DNA from: an uncultured Acidimicrobiia bacterium
Lineage (GTDB): Bacteria > Actinomycetota > Acidimicrobiia > Spongiisociales > ZC4RG35
Assembly (NCBI GenBank): GCA_963840175.1
Contig: CAWIXU010000004.1
Span: 9,288-73,287 of the forward strand
Length of the DNA: 64,000 bases
Direction of reading: 5' to 3'
In this document: positions 11,570 to 21,911 of the stretch, in pieces
How the letters are laid out: every line of letters starts with the position of its first letter
Numbering within the stretch: the stretch's first letter is position 1
The notes under the pieces: model-generated
Told to the model about the DNA's origin: nothing
Seen by the model: the letters and a program-made list of their open reading frames with translations, nothing else
The model's database searches: none
Program-made: the position numbers and the translations under genes

Positions 11570-12122
11570 CCCCCGGAGGGGGGAGTACCCGAGCGAAGCG
11601 AGGGGGTAGGGGGCGTTTTCTCGAGACCCAGGAGCTCAACCCTCTTCTATTCCCCTCGAAAAGGAACTACTCGTTCAACATGGCCCGACCCCGTCACACC
11701 GACCTCGCCGCGAACGAGAGCACGGGAGCTTCAGAAACGGGATGACCGTCTCAGAGGCGCGGGTGTGGCAGGTGATCCGCGGCGGACAATGCGGCGCCCG
11801 GTTCCGTCGGCAGGTTCCGATCGGACGGTGGATCGTCGACTTCGCCAGTCTGCAAGCCACGACTGGTGCTCGAAATCGATGACGAGTCACACGACTGGCG
11901 TGACGAAACGGAACGCATCGAGTACATCGAAGCGGAGGGTTTTCCGATTTTGCGGCTGACAAACAAATACGTCGCCGAGGACCTCGGCGCCGTTCAGCGA
12001 ACGGTGAGCTTGTGGGTGGCGGAGCTCAAGGCAGGGCGAAGGCCGGAGTAGGGATCGCGTCTGGAGAGAACGCCCCCCTCGTCTGCCTCCTTCGTCGGCA
12101 GACACTCCCCCCTCCGGGGGAG
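11570..12122 (+). mobile_element. DUF559 cassette copy 1 (~550 bp) bounded by 17-bp terminal inverted repeats CCCCCGGAGGGGGGAGT; degraded copy
   Basis: Left TIR at 11570..11586 and right TIR (reverse complement) at 12104..12120. About 80% nucleotide identity to 41564..42114 over the whole length, including the flanks ...GAGCGAAGCG...CTCAACCCTCTTCTAT...AAAAGGAACTA and ...AACGCCCCCCTCGTCTGCCTCCTTCGTCGGCAG. Confidence 0.6.
11680..12051 (+). pseudogene. DUF559 (Vsr-like endonuclease fold) gene with at least two frameshifts
   Basis: Aligns to the intact paralog 41675..42043. One extra A near 11715 and one extra base near 11845 break the frame. ORFs 11765..11959 and 11866..12051 carry the pieces (...LEIDDESHDWRDETERIEYIEAEGFPILRLTN). 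Confidence 0.65.
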
Positions 12123-12175
12123 AAACGGGAGATCCCCTCCGGGGGGAGAAATTCAGGTCTGGGGATGAAACGGAT

Positions 12176-14752
12176 TTAGCCCGAGGGTGGCGCAGGGGCG
12201 GCGGCCTGGCCGACGGTGATGTACACCGGGCTCTTGTACGTCATCGCCGTTCCCGGCCCGGGGGTCTGAGCGAGAACGACATCGACCTGGGCGGGGTCGG
12301 TGACCGGCACGTAGGTCGCGTACACGTCGACCCAGGTCCCAGTTGAGTAGATGAATCGGTTGATCGTTCGGTAGGCCTCGCTGATCGGTAGGCCGATCAC
12401 ACTCGGCAACGCGCCGCCAGGGACCTGGCCGTTCGAGACATATATACGAATCGGAAGCCCGGCTTCGACTTCGGCTCCCGAACCGAGCGACTGGAAAACG
12501 ACGGTGCCCGCGGCCTGCAGCGAGGGAATCGGGGTTCACGTTGGGGATGAGTTTGGCCTCGGTCGCCAACGACACTGCCTCGGCTTCGGTCTTGCCGATG
12601 AGATAGGGAACGATGGTGGTCGGGGGCTTGAGGAACGGCTGGAGCTCCTCTTCGGTCAGGCGTGGAAAGTCGAGTGCTTCGACATCGGTCAGCACCATCC
12701 GCATGAACTCGGCCCAGATCGGAGCCGGGACCGAACCACCGAAGACCCGTTCGTAATACTCACCGTGGATGCGAACGTTGCGCAGGGGAACCTGATCTCG
12801 CTCGTACCCCACCCAGACCGCAGTCGTGTACTGCGGAACGAAACCGACGTACCAGGCGTCGCGATAGTCCTGGTGGGTGCCGGTCTTTCCACCCTGGGGC
12901 CGACCGATGGCGGCTCGCTCGGCCGTTCCTTCCGCGGTCGGCACTTCGAGCAGCGGGATTCGCGCTGCCTCGGCGATCGGCGCGGCGATCACCTGCTGCT
13001 GCTCGACCTGGTGCTGGTAGAGCACCTGGCCGTCCTCGTCGAGGATGCGGTCGATCAGATAGGGCTCGGCGTAGAGGCCGTTGGTGGCGAAGGACGAATA
13101 GGCGGAAGCCATCTCCAAGGTCGAAACTGCACCGGTCCCCAGCACGATCGAAGGCACCGGCTGGCAGCGGTGAGGTGATCCCCATTCGGTGCGCGGTCTC
13201 CACTACCTTCTCCGGCCCTACCTGCAAGGAGAGCTGGGCGTAGATCACATTGATCGATCGAGAGGTGGCTTCCTGGAGGGTGATGCGGCCGGCGCTGGCC
13301 CCGGCATTCGACACGGTCCACTTGTTGGGATCGGGCCCATCCGAGCAGATCGTCGGGCAGGTCAGGATGCGAGGGCTCGACCCGTCATATGTGTTGCCGA
13401 GCGTGATGCCGTTCTCGAGCGCCGCGACCAGACCAAACGGCTTGAACGCCGAACCGGGGTTACGTCGACCCTGGACGGCGAGGTCGAACTGGCTCTGTTC
13501 GAAGGGGAGCCCCGAAGCCATCACCTCGACCGCCCCGGTCTGGTTGTTGACCATCGTCAAAGCTCCAGTTGGTGAGCAAGAGTTGGCCTCGGCGTACGAG
13601 GTCAGGTTCTCGATCGGCTCGCTGGGAAAGATTCTCGTGCAGAGTTGCAGGTTCTCTTCGTAGGAATAGAAGGGGAGCCACTCGAGCAGCATCGCATTCG
13701 CCGCTTGCTGCAAATTGAGATCGATGGTCGTTTCGATGGTCAGGCCCCCGCCACCGACGCAGTTGACATCGTCGGATGGGCAACCGAAGACCGAGATGGC
13801 GCGCTCCTCCAGGGTCTGGCCGAGAAAATCGAACTCGTGACGCGAGAGGTCGGACAGCTGCCGCATCACCTCGGTGCGCACGTGTTCCGCCTCGCCGCGG
13901 AACTCGATGTGCTCGAGCACCCCAAGGGGTCTTGACTTGGCGATCTCCGCCTGAGATTCAGTGGTCCAGTCCTGTTCGAGCATGAGGTCGATGACGTCGT
14001 TGCGCCGATCGAGAACTACCTCTGGATTGTCGCCGAGGGTCGTAGAGCGAAGGGTTGCGGATGAGCACCGCGAGGGTGGCGGCCTGATCCAGGGTCAGCT
14101 CGGACATCTCGCGGTGGAAGAACTCACGGGCCGCGGTCTTGACCCCGTAGGCGCCGGCACCGAAGTAGACCGAGTTCATGTAGAACTCGAGGATCTTGTC
14201 CTTCGAGTGGCGACGCTCGAGCTCGGCGGCGATAAACGCCTCTTTGATCTTCCGCTCGATCGTGACCTCGTCGCCGACGAAGACGTTTTTCACGACCTGC
14301 TGGGTGATGGTCGAACCGCCGCGGGTGTTGCCGCTGCGGAAGTTGTCGAGGGCAGCCGAGGCGATGGCCGGGAACGAGACGCCCTGATGGTCGTAGAAGC
14401 CTTTGTCCTCCGCCGCCAGGATCGCGTGTTGAAGGAGCAACGGCACCTCGTCGATCGGGGCCGGCTCGGAGTTGCGCCCGTCGTGGAGCTCGCCGATGAT
14501 TTCTCCGCTTGCCCATATCCGCGACACCCGTGACAGGTCGGGGAGGGTCAGAGTCAACGTCTCGACTTCAGGGACGTACTCGGCTCTTACCTTGTCGATG
14601 GCGGCATAGGCGGAGTTGGCGCCGAGGAAAGTGAAGAGGCCAACCCAGGTGCTGCCCAGGAGCGCGATCGACAGCAGTCCCGCCAGAGCCGGGAACCAGC
14701 GGCCACGACGCTCGCGCGCTTCCAGTTGGTGGATGAGGGATCGATTGGCCAT
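12176..14752 (-). CDS. Class A penicillin-binding protein with C-terminal PASTA domain, multiple frameshifts
   Basis: Transglycosylase domain (GT51) in ORF 13958..14752 (EDKGFYDHQGVS, GGSTITQQ). Transpeptidase motifs SAFKPF (SxxK), SNA and KTGT in ORFs 12760..13983 and 12153..13157. PASTA domain in ORF 12176..12409. Confidence 0.85.
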
Positions 14753-14826
14753 AAATCAACCGGAGCCAAAGTCGAATGGATAGTCCCCGGTAGCATCAAA
14801 GGTTACCTCTCGACGTCAGGTATTCC

Positions 14827-16377
14827 TTGCGCACTCCCAGCGGAATCGAAATCGAGGTTGTCTACGACCAACCCGCCGATCCCGACAAAATCGGCAGTCC
14901 GGGTGAGTATCCGTTCACCCGCGGCCCTCATCCCACGATGTATCGCGGACGGCTCTGGACGATGCGTCAGTACGCCGGCTACGGCACCGCCGACGCCACC
15001 AATCGCCGGTTTCGTGAGCTCCTCGCCGCCGGGCAGACCGGCCTATCGACTGCCTTCGACCTGCCGACGCAGATGGGACTCGACAGCGACCACCCGTTGG
15101 CCGAGGGAGAGGTCGGCAAGGTCGGAGTGGCGATCGACACCCTCGACGACATGCGCCGTCTCTTTCGGGAGATCCCTCTCTCCGAGGTGTCCACCTCGAT
15201 GACGATCAACGCCACGGCTCCGATCCTGCTCCTGCTCTATCAGCTGGTGGCGGAGGAGCAAGGCGTCGATGGCAAGGAAATCCGGGGCACCGTGCAGAAC
15301 GACATCCTCAAGGAGTACGTCGCCCGCGGCACCTACATCTACCCGCCGGGGCCGTCGATGCGGATCGTCACCGACGTCTTCTCGTACGCGGCCAAGGAGC
15401 TCCCGGCCTTCAACCCGATTTCGATCTCCGGCTATCACATCCGCGAAGCCGGCTCCACCGCCGCCCAGGAACTCGCGTTCACGATCGCCCATGGCCTCGC
15501 CTACGTGGATGCCGCCCTGAAAGCCGGCCTCGACATCGACGACTTTGCTCCCCGGCTCTCATTCTTCTGGAACAGCCACAACCTCTTCTTCGAGGAGGTA
15601 GCCAAGTTCCGTGCAGCCCGCCGATTGTGGGCCGACCTGATGCGGAATCGCTTCGGAGCCAAAGACGAGCGGTCGTGGGCGATGCGGTTCCACACCCAGA
15701 CCGCCGGTTCGACTCTGACCGCGCAGCAGACCGGAAACAACGTGGTGCGCACGACCGTCCAGGCCATGGCCGCCATCCTCGGAGGGACGCAATCGCTGCA
15801 CACCAACTCTTTCGACGAGGCCGTTGGACTGCCGACCGACGAATCGGCCCGTCTCGCCTTGCGGACCCAGCAGGTACTCGCCCACGAATCCGGCCTCGCG
15901 GATGACAGTCGATCCGCTGGCCGGCTCCTACTTCGTCGAGGAGCTCACCAACCAGCTCGAAGCCTCGGCCCGCTCACTGCTCGACGCAGATCGAAAGGAT
16001 GGGGGGCGCGGTGGCGGCAATCGAGAGCGGGGTGGACGCAACGTCAGATCGAAGAGGCGGCCTACGAAGAGGCCCGTCGCCAGGAGTCAGGCGAATCGAT
16101 CGTGCTCGGGGTGAACCGATATGTAGTCGGCGATGAGGCTGAGATTCCGGCGTTGAGAATCGACCCTGAGCTGGAGCGCGAGCAAAAGGCGCGCCTCGGC
16201 CAATGGAAGGCAGAGCGCTCGGCAACTGAAGTCGAATCCGCCCTCGACGCCGTCACCATCGCAGCCGGAGACGGGACCAATTTGCTTTATCCCATGAAGG
16301 AAGCGCTTGTCGCCGGTGCAACCTTGGGCGAGTGTTCCGAGGCGATGCGGGCCGTGTTCGGGAGCCACCGACCGTGA
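14827..16377 (+). CDS. Methylmalonyl-CoA mutase family protein, catalytic (beta/alpha)8 domain only with no B12-binding domain; frameshift near 15900
   Basis: ORF 14827..16377 (RGPHPTMYRGRLWTMRQYAGYGTADATNRRFRELLAAGQTGLSTAFDLPTQMG...). The C-terminus ...LYPMKEALVAGATLGECSEAMRAVFG ends at 16377, so the protein is about 520 aa. Confidence 0.8.
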   Translation: MRTPSGIEIEVVYDQPADPDKIGSPGEYPFTRGPHPTMYRGRLWTMRQYAGYGTADATNRRFRELLAAGQTGLSTAFDLPTQMGLDSDHPLAEGEVGKVGVAIDTLDDMRRLFREIPLSEVSTSMTINATAPILLLLYQLVAEEQGVDGKEIRGTVQNDILKEYVARGTYIYPPGPSMRIVTDVFSYAAKELPAFNPISISGYHIREAGSTAAQELAFTIAHGLAYVDAALKAGLDIDDFAPRLSFFWNSHNLFFEEVAKFRAARRLWADLMRNRFGAKDERSWAMRFHTQTAGSTLTAQQTGNNVVRTTVQAMAAILGGTQSLHTNSFDEAVGLPTDESARLALRTQQVLAHESGLADDSRSAGRLLLRRGAHQPARSLGPLTARRRSKGWGARWRQSRAGWTQRQIEEAAYEEARRQESGESIVLGVNRYVVGDEAEIPALRIDPELEREQKARLGQWKAERSATEVESALDAVTIAAGDGTNLLYPMKEALVAGATLGECSEAMRAVFGSHRP

Positions 16378-17744
16378 CCACCGACCCCAAGCGAACCCGC
16401 TTTCTGATTATCGGCGCCGGCCCGGCCGGCACCGCCGCCGCCACCAACGCGGCCGCGCTAGGCGCAAAGGTCACTCTGGTCGAGGACCAGATCGTCGGTG
16501 GCGCGGCCCATCTTTGGGATTGCATTCCCTCCAAGACCATGATCGCCACCGCCGTGCGGATCGACTCGATGCGCAACGCCCCCCGGCTCGGGGTGACCGC
16601 CGCGCCCGGGCAGCGTCGACAGCGCCCAACTAGCCGAGCGAATCTCCATCATCTCCGGCGACATCAACCGCAGCTGGGTCGACCTCCTCAGCAGCCAGGC
16701 GGTCGAGATCATCAACGGGAAGGCCCGGCTGACCGGTCCAATCAGGCGATCGTCGAGGGAGATGACGGCGAACAGCACCGATCGAGCTTTGACGTCTGCC
16801 TGCTCTCGACCGGCTCGGCTCCCGCGTGTCCCGGCCTGGGCAGTCATCGACGGAGAACGAATCCTGACGACTCGCGACGCCTACGACCTCGAGCGAGGTG
16901 CCCGAACAGTTGATCGTGATCGGTTCGGGGGTCACCGGAGTCGAGTTCGTGCACATCTTCGAGTCGCTCGGTTCGGACGTCACCCTGGTGGTCAGCCGTC
17001 AGCAGATCCTTCCCCACCGCGATCCCGAGGTCGCAGCGGTGCTGGAAGAGAACTTCCTCGAAAGCGGGAGTGCGTCTGGTCATCGGCGCTCGCGCGATCG
17101 GGATTGATCGAACCGAAGACGGAGTCAGGGTTCGCTGCGACGACGGGCGGGTGGTCGAAGGCACCCACGCCTTGCTGGCGATCGGCTCGGTCCCGAACAC
17201 CGACTGATCTCGGACTGGGCGAGCTCGGCATCAAGGAGAGCGGCGGTTTCATCCAGGTCGACGAGCATCAGCGGACCTCGGTTCCCCACATCTATGCCGC
17301 AGGAGACTGCACCGGCCAGTTGCTGCTTTCCTCGGTGGCTGCAGTGCAGGGCCGGAAGATCGCCCGTCACGCGATGGGCTTGCCGGTCACACCGATCGAC
17401 TACTCCAAGGTGAGCCAGGCGATTTTCACTGAGCCCGAGATCGCCTCGGTCGGCCTTGAGGAGGCCGAGCTGGCCGCGGGAGGTCGCAAGGTGCGCACAA
17501 CCAAAGTGCCCTTTGCCGCCAACGCTCGGGCGGTGCTGCAAGGAAATCCCCGCGGCTTCGTCAAAGTCATGTCGGATCCCGCCACCGGAGTCGTCCTGGG
17601 CGGGAGCATCGTCGGCCACCGCGCCTCGGAGCTGATCGGGATCATGGCCCTCGCGGTCAAAGCGCGGGTCACGGTCAACGTCCTCGTCGACACCCTGATG
17701 GTGCACCCCTCCTCTCGGAAGCGATCAGCGAAGCAGCGGAGTGA
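16374..17744 (+). CDS. Pyridine nucleotide-disulfide oxidoreductase, LpdA-like (single-Cys CIPSK motif like M. tuberculosis Rv3303c NAD(P)H quinone reductase); frameshifted
   Basis: GTG at 16374 overlaps the upstream stop. FAD-binding motif IIGAGPAGTAAA. Active-site region GGAAHLWDCIPSK has one Cys instead of CxxxxC. NAD-binding VIGSGVTGVEF in ORF 16898..17107. Dimerisation domain in ORF 16762..17784, ending ...SEAISEAAE at 17744. Confidence 0.7.
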
Positions 17745-17772
17745 GACGTCAGATCAGACGTCAGACATCAGA
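17743..17772. repeat. Heptad repeat arm (GACGTCA GATCA GACGTCA GACATCA) immediately after the lpdA-like stop
   Basis: Tandem GAC(G/A)TCA heptamers seen in the sequence. Inverted copy at 18623..18656 and paired copies at 45427..45505. Confidence 0.7.
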
Positions 17773-17896
17773 ATGTCGTTGTAGCCAACGTTCGTGAACT
17801 GCCGACACACGGTTCCAGAGCGCATCTACGGCGCTCGGAGGTCCGTCGGGGCGAATGGCGAAGACATCTGCCAAGGCGGCGAACCAGTCGCCCGGA

Positions 17897-18656
17897 TTAT
17901 CCAGCGTGGTTGAAGTCGACTCGTGCTCTCGACGTCGGGTGAGGACGCATCCCCGGAGAATGTCGGTCCCGTTCTCGAGTCGAAGCTGGGCGGTGACGAC
18001 TCCGGCAAAGCTCGATTCGGGGGACGTCGACAGGTGCTTGTGCCGTTCGCCGACACGCGTCCATCTCCACCTGGCCTGTCCGAAAGCTCATGCCCGAGAA
18101 GGAGCCGGTGGAATCGTGGGTGAAGTGCCAATCGCCAACCCCATCATCGGTCTCCTCGAAGCGAAAGGTCATTGGGTTCTGGGCATAAGTGCCCGAGATC
18201 ATTGGAAGCGGGTCGTATAGCCCGTCGCCAAGTCCCGCGTCCACCCACCAATCTCCATTCGGGTTCTCAGCCGTTGGGAGGTCATGGGCAACAAGCACCA
18301 GGTGATTCGACAACCACTTGACGTCGGGACCCTCGGGTCCATGTACGCCGCCGATGTGGCGGGTCACGTGATAGCCCAGCGAACCCAACACGAGGGATAA
18401 GGCTCCGTTCATCTGATAGCAGTAGCCGCCGCGGCTGTGGTTGGCGATTCGGTCCAGCGAGGCGGTCGGGTCGATGCTCCAGTTCTCGGACATATGAATC
18501 CACACGGATTCGTAAGGCACCCGTTCGACCCAAGCCCGATGGAGCCGGCTGCAGTGCCTCCGCGGAGGGAGGCTCCACCTCGACCCCGATGCGTCCTAGC
18601 GCCCGAACGACGTCCGGCTCTATCTGATGTCTGAAATCTGATGTCTGATGTCTCAC
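17897..18656 (-). CDS. nat: Arylamine N-acetyltransferase, frameshift near 18480-18520
   Basis: ORF 17897..18520 has the catalytic-Cys motif HSRGGYCYQMNG and the downstream NAT fold. The N-terminal YxxRIG-type segment (VRALGRIGVEVEPPSAEALQ) is in the frame of ORF 18282..18794. Confidence 0.7.
18623..18656. repeat. Heptad repeat arm, inverted relative to 17743..17772 (TGATGTC TGAAATC TGATGTC TGATGTC)
   Basis: Reverse complement of the 17743 arm at about 85% identity. Overlaps the nat 5-prime end and the stop codon of the upstream lipoprotein gene. Confidence 0.7.
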
Positions 18657-20154
18657 TGGTAGCTCACGTATACCGGTACGGGGTCGAGGGCTAGCACCTC
18701 CGCTGGAGTGGCTCCTCCCCGAGGGGTGTCTTCGTCGTAGAAGTTCTTCCAGCCCCAGAGGAAATTGTCGCCGTTTGCGGTTAGCGCGTCCCACGTGTCG
18801 TATTTGGTGCCGAGCGGTCCCTGTCCGTCCATCTGGATTACAGTCGCCAGCTCAGGATGAGTGACGATCTGGTCGCGGTTCTCGATCATGTCGAGACGGA
18901 ACTGATGGAGCAGGAAGAACTTCTGCGGGCAGCTTGTTCTCGCGGACGAGAGCGGCGAGCCACTCGGAAACCTGGTTGACCTCGGCGGCGTCGACCGATC
19001 CGATTTGGCGGAGATGGACCTGGTCGGGTTCCAGCCGCCACTCCGGGTCGAGGGCGAGACCGACGTGAGGCAAGCCGAGAAATTCTTCGTACGGCCTTGG
19101 CCTGGGTGAGGAAATCGGTGCGACCTGGTTGCAGATCGAGGATCACGTACACATCGTTGGCGGCGGCAACCTCGATCCACGGTCGGATGACGTCGAGGCT
19201 CATCTCTTCGGAGTAGTTGTTGTCGTCGCCCGGGAAGGCGGACGCGACGGTGGCGATGATTTCGAAGCCCAAGACGACTGGAGTCCCGTCGGCGTCATAG
19301 CCGGCGGCGATCTCAGCCGCCCTCGCGACGGCTTCCTCGGGACCCTGCTCGCCGAGGACCCCAAGCGCCGACGTGGTCGGGTTGCCATAGAGCGCCACCA
19401 ACCTTCGACCCGGGAACAGCTTGAGCCCGCCACCGGGGAGCTCTGGGGCGTTGACGAGCGCGCCGCTTTGCCATTCGATGAGCTCGGGATCAAAGCCCCC
19501 GGCGACGAACATCTCCTGCGCGGGGGTCGATCTCACCGACTCGAGCAACGCCTGGTCGCCGAGCATGTTGTGTGGATCGGCAAGGACGACCCGGTCACCC
19601 CGTAAGCCGGCGAGAGCGGTCACGGGAGCGACGAGGTCGGACCTGGTGGCGTCCGCCAGCCAGATATTTTCGCCTTCTGTGTCATCGGTTGGGTTTCTGC
19701 CGGCGGCCGCGATGGCTTCCTGTAGAGCGATCGAGTTGCTGGGAATTCCGGCCACCCCACTAGGGAGGGCGCCCCCAACGACCGAGATCGAGTGTGGTGC
19801 GAGGCGGCGTAGCTCATCTACGACCTCGGCGTCAGTCCCTGCGACCAAAAGCGGTGCCTTGATGGAGGCGGCGTAAGCGCCTGCTGCCTCGAGTTCCGGC
19901 GTCGAACCGCTCGCCACCACGACGTGGTCGGCGCACGCCAGGGTGGCCTTGGAGAGGGCGATCGAGAGCTCGACGGGGTCGGTGCTGGTGAAGATCTGCT
20001 GATCGGGTGCGATTCGACATTCCCGGGCCGTGGTTGTGGTTATCGCCTCAGTCGTGGTCGTCGCCGACGGTATTGACGAAGGCGTGCTCGTGCCACCGGC
20101 CGAAGTGCATGAAGCCAACACCAGCCAGACAATCACGGCCGATTTTTGGTTCAA
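18653..20154 (-). CDS. Lipoprotein with repeated cell-wall-binding-like modules and a C-terminal putative glycoside-hydrolase-like domain; frameshift near 19100
   Basis: Minus-strand translation (the ORF track labels 18886..20343 as plus, but it matches the reverse complement). Lipobox VIVWLVLASC. Three repeats of the type ELEAAGAYAASIKAPLLVAGTDAEVVDELRRLAPHSISVVGG. C-terminal DVYVILDLQPGRTDFLTQAKA... continues in ORF 18653..19180. Confidence 0.45.
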
Positions 20155-21909
20155 CGGATGACGGCCAGCACGGCTCCCAGCGAGACGGTGTCGCCGGCTT
20201 GCACCCGGAGGTCGACGACCTCGCCGGCGCTCGGGGAGCGCACCTCGTTCTCCATCTTCATCGCCTCGAGCACGCAGATCGGCTGGTTCGGCTTCGACCT
20301 TGTCGCCTGCCTTCACATGCACTTTGACGATCGTGCCCTGCATCGGCGCGCGTGACGACTCCGTCGTTGCGCACCCGACGCGGCGGGCCGGTCGAGCTTC
20401 GGCCGAGCTCTCCGCGTCATCCCGGGTCCAGTCGCGGGACCAGCGTCAGGTGACCAGTAGGTGACCGCAAACCGCCGTCCCACCGATCTCGACGGTCATG
20501 TCGCGGCGGGCGAGCTCCTCGTCCTCGGGCAGCGTTGGCTGCGACGAGCGGCGTGGCGTCGGGGAACTTGACCTGATCCTCGAGCCAGCGGGTGTAGTGA
20601 CGGCCTTCGAGAAAGTCGGGATGATCGAGCACAATGAGATGCGCAGGGATGGTTGTCGCCACCCCGGTGATCAGAAATTCCTCGAGGGCGCGACGGCCGC
20701 GTCGGATGGCTGGTCGCGATCGCTACCCCACACGACCAGCTTGGCCATCAGGTTGTCGTAGTACTGGCTCACCCTGGTGGTCGGGCTGGATCCAACCATC
20801 GACGCGCACGCCCGGCCCGGCCGGTTCGCGGTAGTCGGCGACCTGACCTGGCGTCGGCAGAAAGCCGCGCAGCGGATCCTCGGCGTTGATCCGGAATTCG
20901 ATGGCGTGGCCCCGCGGGCGTGACCGAGTCGAAGTCGAGCTTCTCGCCCTGCGGCGATCCGCAGCTGCCACTCCACGAGGTCGAGACCGGTGACCATCTC
21001 GGTGACCGTGTGTTCGACCTGGAGGCGGGTGTTCATCTCGAGGAAGTAGAACTCGCCCGATTCGGGATCGAAGAGAAACTCGACGGTGCCGGCGTTGACG
21101 TATCCGCACGAGCGCCCGGCGGCCAGGGCGGCTTCGCCCAAGAGCGTTGCGCTGTTCGGCGGTCATACCCGGGGACGGGGTTTCTTCGATCAGCTTCTGG
21201 TGTCGTCGTTGCACGGTGCAGTCGCGCTCGCCGAGGAAGACACCGTGGCCGGCTGGGTCGAAGAGGATCTGCGCTTCGACGTGACGCGGGCGCGGCAGGT
21301 ACTTCTCGACGTAGACCTCGGGGTTTCCGAAGTAGGCGTCGGCCTCGCGCCTGGCCCCGTCGAACGCCGCCACCGATCTCGCTCGCGCTGTTGACCACGC
21401 GCATTCCTTTGCCGCCGCCGCCGTGGGCGGCCTTGATCGCGATCGGATAGCCGAACTCTTCGGCGAGGGCGGCGACCGTCTCCACCGATTCGGCCGGTTC
21501 GGAGGTCCCTGGAACCGTCGGCAATCGCCGCCTCGGCGGCATGTCGCCGCGAGGTGATCTTGTCGCCCATCGCCTCGATGGCCGCGGGAGGAGGGCCGAC
21601 CCAGGTGATGCCGGCCCTGGTGACCGCCTCGGCGAACCCGGCGTTCTCGGCGAGAAAGCCGTAGCCGGGATGGATCGCATCGGCCCGAGCGGCCGCGGCG
21701 ACCTGGAGGATCTTTTGGGCGTTCAGATAGGACTCGGCCGCGGGCGCCGGTCCCACGTTCCAGGACTCGTCGGCCAACTGCACGTGCAGCGAGTCGCGAT
21801 CGAGGTCCGAATAGATGGCAATCGTGTGGATGCCCATCTCCTGGGCGGTGCGGATGACCCGCACCGCGATCTCTCCCCGGTTGGCGATGAGGAGGCGGGA
21901 AATGGTCAC
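20151..21909 (-). CDS. accA: Acyl-CoA carboxylase alpha subunit (biotin carboxylase plus biotin carboxyl carrier domain), several frameshifts
   Basis: GTG start at 21909 ([21 protein letters not shown]). ATP-grasp segments in ORFs 21190..21909, 21033..21680 and 20671..21141. Biotinyl domain ...[10 protein letters not shown] / ...[31 protein letters not shown]...VIR with stop at 20151. Confidence 0.85.
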
Positions 21910-21911
21910 TA

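Noticed and set aside
17743-18656. CRISPR array hypothesis for the GACRTCA heptad repeats (also 45427..45505)
   Set aside because: Repeat units are 7 nt with no spacers of 25-40 nt and only 4-5 units per arm, in inverted orientation. There is no cas gene nearby.
18886-20343. 485-aa ORF annotated as plus strand
   Set aside because: The peptide matches only the reverse complement. It is a read-through across the accA stop into a lipoprotein gene, not a single protein.
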